The translations under genes and the position numbers were made by a program. The notes below the pieces were generated by a model, which saw only the letters and a program-made list of their open reading frames with translations, was not told the DNA's origin and searched no databases. From Paragordius varius (taxonomy: Eukaryota > Animalia > Nematomorpha), in assembly GCA_964247055.1 (NCBI GenBank), contig OZ176052.1, positions 8,122,001-8,186,000 on the forward strand: a stretch of DNA of 64,000 nucleotides, written 5' to 3'. Shown piece by piece: positions 25,497-36,245 of the stretch (positions within the stretch are counted from its first letter, which is position 1; each line of letters opens with the position of its first letter).

Positions 25497-25832
25497 ATGG
25501 GAGACATAGAGAAGGGTGCCAAAATTTTTAAACAGAAATGCGCTCAATGTCATACATGTAAAAAGAATGAGCCTAATATGACTGGTCCTAATTTGTTTTG
25601 TTTGTTTGGTCGAAAAACCGGCAGTGTTGCAGGATATCAATATACTGAAGCCAATAAAAACAAAGGTATAAATATTTTTTATAATTAAGGTATTGTATGG
25701 GGCCGTGATACTCTTGATATTTATCTCACTAATCCTAAAAAATATATACCTGGCACTAAAATGGTATTTGCCGGGCTTCGAAAACCTGAAGAACGAGCTG
25801 ATCTTATAGCATTCCTTGAATCTTGCCAATAA
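25497..25832 (+). CDS. CYCS: Cytochrome c, 103 aa; exons 25497-25665 and 25690-25832
   Basis: MGDIEKG..IF..KCAQCHT haem motif, TGPNL, W59, [16 protein letters not shown] 24-nt GT-AG intron containing an in-frame TAA restores KNKGIVWG. Confidence 0.97.
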
Positions 25833-25985
25833 TTGTATAAAACACTACCGGGTTGTTTTTTGTGATTCTCTTTAGCCAATAAATGATTTGCAAAATACTC
25901 TTAATGAAAATTTATTTTAAATAGCGAATGTTCTAAATAAATTTTAATTAAATCCACAATATATTTTTGTTAAAATTATATATAT

Positions 25986-28900
25986 TTATCTCCAATCTGG
26001 TATTTCACCGTACATTACATCTGTGCGTGCTAATCTATCAATTGATGTTCGAACACTTGTAATCGGTGTTGATACCAATTTAGCCACCGCGGCTGTAGAT
26101 AAAATCTTTGTATCTACTGAACTAATAATTTTTGGCAAAGACGAAACGGCATTCGATGCAGCTTCTATAAAAAAGATGGTTAAACATAATCGATAAATAT
26201 TTTTTATATATATTAAAATCATTTTTTTAGTGATGATACGATACTTGCAACCGTATCATTATTTTCGACTTAAATTATTAGTCATTTTTTTATTGATTAA
26301 AATTAACTATCCAGTGATTCTTTTTTTAAATATAATGGCTTGGATTAACTCCGTTCTTCGAAACACAACTCTATTTTCCAATTTTCGTTTTTTAACTATT
26401 TAACATTAAAAAACTGTATAAAGTTAATTTTAACACTATTTTATATAATATTAAATGATTATAATTTGACAAATAAATTTTACTAATTAACTATTTAAAC
26501 TTCTAAAATAAAAAAAAATATTTGTTATAAAAATGTAATTTCATATAAAAATGCTTCTAGAATGCACTGAAAATAAACATATAATTTTTATAACAATATT
26601 TATCGAAAATTTGCTTGCAGTGTAATTAAATGCAAAAAAAAGTCAAATCACTATAATTTATTATCTATGCTATTTGGCAAAATATTAAAAGTTTGCGATG
26701 ATATTTTTATTTTACTTTTTTGGTTTCATTTTTGGATAATACATTATGAAGGCAATCGATTGTATATTTTAAAAATTTAAATCAATATTTTATAGAAATA
26801 TTTACCTAGATTAAATATATGGTGATTTTTTGGTTTAAGCGCATATTGGTATAAGGCGGGAAAATCTGAAAATTGTTTTTTTACCCTACTTTATAATAAA
26901 ATTATGGTTATTTCAAAGGTCAAAGAATAATATTTTAAATTTAAAATTGGCTTTTTTAATTAATATCACTTTTTAATTAATCAATTATAAAATATCATTC
27001 AAATTATGTAGCGCTTTAGGGAAAGTTTATATATGGCTCAATTTTTTTAAACAAATATCTAAGTCAAAATTCAATTCAAATAGATATAATGATTACATTG
27101 ATTGTTTAACTAGGGAAGGAATGTTAAATATATGAACCATAATTGCATTCATCTTAAATTTATTTTGGCCAAGATATGATCAATCAAGAATATTATTTGC
27201 AACCTAGTTTTTTTAATGTGTCGCTATTAACACCTTATTAACTTTTTATTTTTCGTAGGCATTTACATTTTGGGGTAGTTTTGTACCGAGCAGAGGTATC
27301 TATGATAACCAATAATATGCATTCTATGGGATTCGCATAAAATGTAAATTAATTTTAAACCGTCAAAATTTTTTCAATAATAGCTAAATAAACTATAAAA
27401 ATACTTTCTTATTGTATTTATATTTTGTCAGCATATTTTTGATAATTATTAAATTGAAATTGTGATTTTGAGTGCTAAAAAATTTTTTGACTAGAATTAC
27501 AAAACTGTAATAAGTAAAGGCTTTTTTATCCAGTATACAAGTTTAATATTTTAATCATAATCAAATCGGATATATTTTATTACAAATTTTTAGGCCCTGG
27601 GGTTTTATTTACTGCAAAATTTTCATTTAAAGGATAATGAGGTGTTAACAAGTGAATAGATTTTTTTGTTTATTTATTTTTAGTGAAATTGGAAAATGTT
27701 ATAGGCCAGTTTTTAGGCAAAACCGATTGTGTTATAAGAAAATGACGAACCAGAGGTTGTAAAACATTTTGAAGGCTATTCAAAAATTTTTAGAGGGGAT
27801 TTAAACTCAATTTTTTTTATATAACAATTAAAATTATTTGATGTTAATTATATTGGCATATTTAATTTTGATTAGCTTATTTTTGAAAATTAATATTTAA
27901 ATCATTAATAATTAATAACACTGCTCAACAAGGTTTTGCACCACCCCATTATTTTTGCATTTTCTGATACCTAATGGCATGGAAAGGCCAAAACAAAAAA
28001 GAAAATTAAGGCTACCAATAGGATTTTATTTAATTCTTAAAATTGTATTTAATTCAAAAATTACAATCATTCCTCGTGTACATATGTTTAAATATTCAAA
28101 CGAGCAAGTCGATACGAGTAATATTCCATGCATGGATAACAAAATTCTAGGCATTAAATAAGATACTAAACAAGCTAAGAGCCAAAGTATTAAAAATCTA
28201 AAAGAGCTTATGTATAGTGTGTTAGATCCGGGCGGCTGCACAAGCTCTGCATATCCCCCAAGCGATCCTATAATTATGCCAGATGTGGCAAAGATAACAA
28301 TAAGTAATCGTAAAGTCCGATAAGAGACACTTGCAAGCAACCAGGCATATTGACATGTCAAATTAACCAATTTACAGAATAAAGTTAGATAAATTCTACA
28401 ACTAAATTGAATAAAAATTAGGTAAATACAAATGGTCCAATCCCATAACAGTAAATTCTACTTAAAGTGGCTACACAACCTCCATCTAAAATTCAAAATA
28501 CAAAACAACCAATAATTTAAAAAAAATAAGGTATATCCACTAGGTATAAATAAAAGATGTTTTGCAAGAACTAACTCAAGAGGAAAAGCCTAATAAGTAC
28601 TCGAAAGAACAAAAACTAACAAAAAAATATAGCCTATCTGAAAGCCGAAGGTTTAAACCATAGATTGCCTTTTTTAGTATTTTCTTAAAAATTCTTTATA
28701 CGTGTTAAAAATTCACTTGAAAAAAAAGACTAAATTTTGACGTTTAAGTCCGTACTATTTTTTTCTCTCTGATATTTAAATGACAATTTTATATTCAAAA
28801 GATAGAGTTTAAAACGCTTTATTAAATGATATTAAGTTTATAATATAATAACATTTTATTATAAAGTTATATTTAATTTTCTCTCGATTTTCTCTTGTTT

Positions 28901-29680
28901 TTGAAAAATTGAAAAACCTATAATATTTCAAAATTCTGATTGGCGGGATCAAAAAATTTTTCAAATTCGGTTTTAAAACACCGAAATTAGTCTTAATTTA
29001 AAAGTTTAAGTGGTGGTGCTCAAAAAAGTCCAAATTTGTCGACTAGTGTAATAGTTCATGAGCAACACTTTTAAAAAAGATTTTTTCTTATAATATACCA
29101 TTTTTAAGTCAAATGCAACATTTTTCAAGCAAACGCAACATTTTTAAAATTCTTGCTTTTGACTAAAAAATGGTATACACGTTTTTTAAGGCAACACATT
29201 TTAACACAATATGTTGTTTTAAAATTAATTTGTATAATGTTTTCACAAAACTTTATAAAATGTAATGGCAAACCTGATACTGGTGCCCCGGACTTAACCG
29301 ATGCGTCTACGGTAATGTTAACGTTTACCGCTGGAGTTATTGGCTGAACATTTGGGAGAGAAACTAATGGGGCTTGGGATATAACCTCCGATATTACTGA
29401 GGATAAATTACTTAACACCTTGGGAGCCCCAGAAACTGCGGAGGACAATAAACCATCGCTATTGGGCTGACTGATATTGACATTTAATCCAGACACCACG
29501 CTTACAGAAGCTTGTAACTTTGGCAACACAGATGTTAACTTTGGAACTATATCAGCCACTGATGCTAGCAATTGCGAAACTATATAATAATAGATGTTTT
29601 ATTCATCAGAATACATATATTTGATGTATTTAAACCCGTAAATATTTACCATTTCCCAGTGTAAGGCCTTTCTTCGCAAG
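25986..29680 (-). CDS. Orphan Ser/Val/Ala/Pro/Leu-rich protein, 5' end unresolved; exons 29650-29680, 29274-29579, 25986-26164
   Basis: Phase-compatible GT-AG junctions give LAKKGLTLGNVSQLLASVADIVPKLTSVLPKLQ...SGAPVSEAASNAVSSLPKIISS...GEIPDWR*. The exons are GC-richer than their flanks and share the same composition and LPK/VSS motifs. Confidence 0.65.
27919..29048 (-). mobile_element. Non-autonomous CAC-terminal element (Chapaev3/CACTA-like), copy 2, in the orphan-gene intron
   Basis: TAA|CACTGCTCAACAA ... TTGTCGACTAGTG|TAA; reverse complement of 15189-16298 at roughly 90% identity by eye. Confidence 0.85.
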
Positions 29681-31431
29681 CTAAGTTATTCTCTTTTTGC
29701 TAAACTAATTCTATGTTTTTATTTTTATATCCTTTACTTATATTTATATTGTCTTTATCTTCACAGTATTTAGGACCACCTTAAACATAATATCTAAGGA
29801 CTGGCATGATACAACCAAATTAAAAATTAAAGTAATAACTGAAAACGTTACAGGGTTGAAACTTAAAATCATTCTGTGAACCAAAAATAAAAATATTTGA
29901 AATGTTTAGTTCCGTAACTGTGCTACAGGTTGGGCCTGCAAAAACCCAACATTAATTTATAAGCGACCACACTCACGGTTATTAATTCATTTTCAATCAG
30001 TCGCTTTCCTCAACCTATCTGCCATTAAATTTATTTTACTATATTTTTGCAAAATTTATAGTCATTATAATTCATATAATGTTTTTAAACCAGCATTTTA
30101 CAACTTTGTAGCGAGATTTCGCTTTAAAATTTTTATAAACCATATTTAAATACCTCCAAAAGGAATATGTATCAATAAGATGAAAAATATTAACTTCATA
30201 ATCAAAAAATATTAAAACCTAAAAGTAATGTATAATATTACCAAAATAAAAAATAAAATTTGATATAAATAGAAACGAATTTAAAGTTTAGTTCACAAAT
30301 ATATAGGTTAACGATGTTTTAGAGAGATGTTATAGCTTTATCCAAACGACACTCAAGACACATTTATGACACTTCAATTATGTGTGACCATAACAAAACT
30401 TGTAATGTATGTAATTATAGGACGTGAGACGGCAAAGGTTAATTTGACATTTGATAAAATATTAGCTTAAAAATAGGATCAAGGTTAATCATAACCAAAT
30501 AATTGAGTGTGGAAAAATAAAAAAACTGTTGAAAATCGTATTATGTCTACATACTTATAAAGAGGATGTTAATTTGTAACTCATAATTTATAAGGCTAAA
30601 CAAATTTTAATGGTTTATATCTCTCATGATAATTCAAAATCTTATAACGTGGTGAGAAATATGATTTATTCGAAAAAAAGATTTTAGTTACTGATTATGC
30701 GTTGGCTTTTTTTATATAATTTTTTATTTGCCAGCTATGTTCACTATTTTTTATTTGTGCTTAAACTGGCTGCTTAACCGGTTTAATGTTATTAATATTT
30801 CTTTTCCCCCAAAAAAGGGCAACTAAGGGTTTGTAGTCATATAAATTTCCAAATGCCTTCCATATAGTATGAAATTTTTTGAGTGCAAAAATTTACTGCT
30901 TTAGCTTCTCTTTCAATTTTTACCACTCGAACATGTTCGAGAATGGTAAAAGATTGGGCACTTTTTCTGTGAGGTTTTATAAAATAAAATTGGCTCAACC
31001 ATTTTGTTTGTGGCATCTGCTTCCATAAAAGAATATTTATTAAAAGCCATTAGTACCGGGAGTTTAGTTAATATTATTTTGCAATAAAGTTGCTTTCGTC
31101 CACCGTCAAGATAATCAAAACTTGTACAATTAATAAGATTTGGTTGTAAATTTGGTGTATATCGCTCATGAAAATTTATATCCTAAAAAAGAATGCGACA
31201 ACTTTGAATGGCCTCTTATTTTTAATTAGGTTGAGTACCTTTCCCAGAGATTACATAACCCATGTATTTTAATTGAATCACGATTTGGAGTTTGTGCAAT
31301 CGTAACCCGGCCTCTTGTAACCTTAAAACAATCCTCAAACTTTTGTTATGTTCATCTTTTGTGGCAACTGATTGCCCAACACAAATGGCTTAGCGGGCTG
31401 CATTTTTAACTCAGAAAACCCAGGGTGCCGC

Positions 31432-31464
<33 letters not shown>

Positions 31465-31896
31465 GCAATAATTTATAATATATTAGATTTTAAACATGAA
31501 ACTGTAAAATGCAATCACGATATACCAATTTTTTCTAGTTCTTGCCAATTATATCGACTTATTTAGAAAAATTGTTTAAAAAATATCATCTTTACTAAGA
31601 TTTTATGAGCATATATTGCAAATTATAAATTTCCAAATTTTTCGCGGGCTGCATGCGAACGTATTTTCCTCATGAGTTTGTTAATATATATCTTTGAAAT
31701 GTTCGGAGCGGAGGTCAACCCGAAGGGAAGTCGTTGGCACGCGTAACCTTTGTAAATAGTTATCGTAAGAAGTGACTGGGATCTGTCTAGGCAACTGTAT
31801 TTCCAAAGTTAAAAATACTACCCCATTTGACACCTTGGTAGTTAAAACATCAGAGGGTATCAGCTGTGAATCGTGTAATTATATCGACCGCGACGG

Positions 31897-33070
31897 CTCC
31901 CATAGCTCGCCTAGTACGTGAACTGGATCGTTGTAGGAGGTCTGAAGGCTTGCGAAGGGACTCGACGAGGTATGTCCTTCGCCTTCCATTCCCTTCTCCC
32001 GGTAATCAGTACCCGGTCCTGGTATCAGATGGTATCTCCCACATTATGTTAAAAAAATTTTTTTATTCGAAGGGTGGTCCCGCTAGCTATTACGAAAATT
32101 ATATGTGAGGGCGACTACTGGCCATACACACCCTACAAAAGTGATCATAACTGAGGCAATTTTTTTTGCATTTTCTGGACAAGGAGGAGGAACGTACTTG
32201 TAACCAGAACTCCCCCATGACCTGCTTCTTGTAGATCATATCATTATTATTTGTTCAACTTGATGGGGAATTTTCTTTATTATTATTAACTATTTATTTA
32301 TTGTAGTAATGTATTTTTTCGATGTTGTCTTAACATTTTTAATTTTCTCCTTTTTATCTAGTATAAATAAGCTATATCGACAATCATTTGAAGAAGAGTC
32401 ACTGGAATGCCAATCCTTCCATAGGGTCTCTACTTTTCATCACCTCTCAACTTTTGGGTGGGCGAATCCAAGAATGCATTTTGTAGCTTTGTTTGCGCCT
32501 TCAAACTGACACGTTTCACAGCCACTTTTAACCGTTCCAAGAAGTTGATCGTAACTTCGCCTGAATTCCTTGTTGGTAAAGTTTAACCCTGTTTGATTAT
32601 CTATTAACCGAAGATTAGACTTGCATGGCTAAGGATGACATTCCAGTGACACTCGAAATGATTGTCGATATTTATTCTTTCGAACTTGAAGAAATAAAAT
32701 GCTCAAACTACATCAAAAATATATATCACATAGTAAATAGATGGTTGATAATGATAAAAATTGCTTAAATTAAAAAAAAAGGATAACATGATCAACAAAA
32801 TCAGGAGCAGGCTACGCGTGAATTGTGGTTACAAGCACGGTCATCTTCCTTGTTCAGCGGAAGGCAAAAACAAGTGCCACAGATATATCACTTAGAGCAT
32901 GTGTAGGGCCAGTAGTTACCGGGGACACATGATTTGTAAGATAGACAGCGGGGCCACCCCCGATAACGGAAATTATCCATAACATACCGTGCGAATGGTT
33001 TCATAAGAGAACCTCCAAACAGACAACAGCGATCCAGTTCACGTACCGGTGAGACATGGTAGCCGTCGGT
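31897..33070. mobile_element. Two diverged copies of a decayed element in inverted orientation (possibly a non-LTR retroelement endonuclease region)
   Basis: gtacgtgaactggatcg, gggtgg.cccgct, actactggcc.tacac and tatcgacaatcattt...gtcactggaatg occur on both strands. Translation VRELDRC recalls RTE endonuclease N-termini; this assignment is tentative. Confidence 0.45.
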
Positions 33071-33296
33071 AAAAAATTAAAGCATTACTATTTAATATTG
33101 AAAAACAATGTTTAATAATTATTTAACTAAAAAACTTTCAGTAAGTAGTTTTTATCAGCTAAACTGGGGAGAAAACAACCCCGAAAAGTAATATCCTATG
33201 AGAAAAGAAAAGTTAATGATAACCATACTTTGCTTAAAGCTGACCCCAATTTAATCGGATTCTTAAAGCTGTTTGTTAACCAAGATCAATTTTAGT

Positions 33297-34808
33297 TTTA
33301 TACTATAAAAAAATGCTGTTGTGATCTGTATCCGGAAAACCGGTAGACCCATTCAAATTCAAATGCCGAATAAATAATCATTAATGAATAACCCGACAAT
33401 AGCTTTGCCCTTTTTTGAATTGGGCCTTGGGCCCACCCGTGTAAAAAAACGTTTTTTTTGAAATTAAGTCCACAAAAATCGTGTCTTGGAGACAATTTTC
33501 CGGAAAACGTGTTGGACCATTTGATTTCAAATATGATTTTTTTACTTATTTTCGATTATGCCGAACATAGTCGGCTCGGCTTTTTAATTTAGGCCCTCTT
33601 TTTACCCCCCCTCCCCCCCCCCCCCCCGTAAAATGCCATTTTGTTTAATCCACGAAAATAATATTTTGAATCCACTTTTCGCCCAAGGTACGAGACCGTA
33701 AAAATTCAATGATGATGTATACCCTGTTAAAAGGTAAAAATTTTAGTCGTGCGTTTTTTTATATTGGCTGCTGGGTAAGGAGATACCCGCTAAAAACTGC
33801 CCCGTCATATCAAAATAGCGTGCCTTTGGGGCTAAATTTCAGAAAACCTATCAGGCCATATGAGTTTAAAAAGTACTTAAAATGTTATCCGTAACAAGGC
33901 AAAAATTTAGGTCGTGCGGTTTTTTAAATTAGCGGTTAATTAGGCCCCTCACGCCCCGAAAAATGCTCTACCATAGAATGATTTTTCAGTTTTGAGGCAA
34001 TTTTTCCAAAAACTAATAAGAGCATATGGAATCACCCATGATTCCAGGTATTCTCCGTAAAAAGGCAAAAATTTTAATCAAGCGCTTTTTTGTATCAGCC
34101 TCTGGGTAGGAAGCTATCCGCCTAAAACTGCTGCACCATATCGAAATTGCGTTGTTTAGGAGTTAATTTACAGAAAATTTATGAAGCCATATGAACTCAT
34201 CAAAAGCTTGAAATATTACCAGTAACTAGGTAAAAATTAAGTTCAGGCGTTTTTTTATTAGCCGTTAATTTGGGGCCTTTATGCCCTGTAAATACGCAAT
34301 CATATAACGATCATTTAGTGTTGTATTTTTTCGAATAACCCATGAGACGATGGTATCAAAGATGATTCCAAATATTTGCCCTATAAAGGCAAAGATTTCA
34401 ACTCAGCGCTTTTTCCATATATGTCCATGGGTAGGGGTCTACCGGTTTAAAACTGAGACGCCATACAAAAATGGCGTGGTTTTGGAGCTAATTTTCAAAA
34501 AACTTAAGAAGCCATGCAAGTTCAATTAAGGCTTTAAATAATACCCAAAAGGTAAAAATTAAGTATAGCGGTTTTTTACCTTAACCGTCAATTTGGGGCC
34601 TATACAACAGTAAACAATATATTAGTATGAATGCACAGTTTTGAAAATTCTATGAAGCATCGTTCTGTTAATGATCAGGCCTAATTAGGAATTGGTGAGA
34701 TAGGTACTTTACATACGACAACGCAGGTTTTTTTATAATTCTACAGCATTAAAAAATGGGCAAATTACCCTAATTAAAGCGATCAACTGCATCACAAGTT
34801 ATTCGTTA

Positions 34809-34839
<31 letters not shown>

Positions 34840-35859
34840 GGAATTTTACAAATGTGTGTAAGTCAAACCTCTTTACTTAATAAAGACAAAATTATACATG
34901 TCTTTTTTATATATCCGATGTCAAAAAAGCGTTTTATGCTCGTTTCACCCAATAATTGCTTATGTTTTTTTATATTAAGATCATTGCTGAATAAATATTT
35001 TTTTATAACATTGTTTAATTTGGTGCTTGGGGCCTTATACCCTTAAACTCGCTCAACAATATGTTATGAGTAGGGTTGTGCTGACCAAGTCATGACCCGG
35101 TCAGTGACTATTTATTTTTTGACCATGGTCATTTAAAAAAACAGCTGTTTTTTGAAAAATTGCTGGTAAATTTTTTTTGAAAGAGAAATAGTAAGATTTC
35201 AGTGTTTTTTAATCTATTTTTTAAAATATAAATTAAATATTTAAATATGCTTATTTAAAAATATAAAATTGTTAAACACGAATCGTTATAACATTAGCAT
35301 TTAAGCATATCCAGTTATTTCGAAAAACTAAATCAAGCACTTTGCAAAATATGCAATTACTCCATGTATGTGAACCAATAAAATGAGAAAGCATCTTATA
35401 TTTGGATATTAATTCATTGATGAAAGAAAGTGTAAAATAAACTAGGTAAAATTTAATTTGAAATATCCAGTATTAAAAGTTATGTATTTGAAGATTTAGA
35501 AGCCCACAAACATGTGGCAAAATTTGAAAACAAAATTCTTGGTTTGATTGAAAATATTTGTCAATGATAAATATAAAAAAATGTATAATAAACTTTTAAG
35601 AAAAAACATGATATTATTAGTGAAACGCTAGTGTCGTACGAACATTATTTTCACAATCCAATATATCGGATATTTACTTAAGTAAAAAGTGGTCATGACC
35701 ATGGGCTGACCGGACTTTTTTGAAAAAGCAGTCAAATGCACAACCCTAGTTATGAGGCTATTTTTCGCCAAAATGATGAGATCATAATAAATAAATTAGA
35801 AGTGCAGATCGCGTAAGGACTTCTTGGTGGGCATCGTAGCAGCCAAAGATTTAGGCTAG
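33297..35859 (+). mobile_element. Non-autonomous Helitron, copy 3 (core 33.3-34.65 kb, probable 3' end at 35859)
   Basis: Family 5' region and six repeats of about 165 bp. aaggacttcttgg..cgtagcagccaaagatttaggCTAG|T at 35.81-35.86 kb resembles the 3' end of copy 1. The link across the intervening 1.1 kb is inferred. Confidence 0.65.
35071..35748 (+). mobile_element. Intact 678-bp hAT MITE
   Basis: TIR TAGGGTTGTGC / GCACAACCCTA and perfect 8-bp TSD GTTATGAG (35063-35070, 35749-35756). Confidence 0.93.
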
Positions 35860-36245
35860 TTTTAAATTTTTAGCTTAGAACACCTAATACCAAAAATATA
35901 TATATTAAAATAGATTATATTTTGCAACTCTATTATATATGAACGTTCTTCTTCTAAAAAATAATATCGGATCTTAGATATCGGAAAAAAAATATTTTTT
36001 TGTATTTCCAGATTAGTATTGTTGATCATATACGTCCTTTATTTTATAACATAAAAACTATAGTTTAACCCGTTCTGGGCAGACTGTGTTCCGTATATAA
36101 TTGGGATTCGCGTTTTGAAGAATGTTTTAATTGCATATCTCATTTATAAGCATAAAAATATTGAAAAATCAGATCTAATAATTGGGTATATTTTTTGATA
36201 TAATTATAATAATAAATAAAATCACAGTAGGCAAAATAAAGCAAC

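Noticed and set aside
25666-25689. Stop-codon readthrough or a variant genetic code in cytochrome c (in-frame TAA)
   Set aside because: A GT-AG 24-nt intron removes the stop and restores the conserved KNKGIVWG exactly; all other genes read in the standard code.
32020-32029. TGGTATCAGA as an LTR-retrotransposon tRNA-Met primer-binding site
   Set aside because: No adjacent LTR end (TG...CA) or direct repeat, and it is absent from the inverted partner copy.
32610-32640. Resemblance to U6 snRNA (GAAGATTAG..CATGGC..AAGGATGACA)
   Set aside because: No ACAGAGA box or 5' stem, the spacing is wrong, and the segment lies within the inverted element pair; likely chance.
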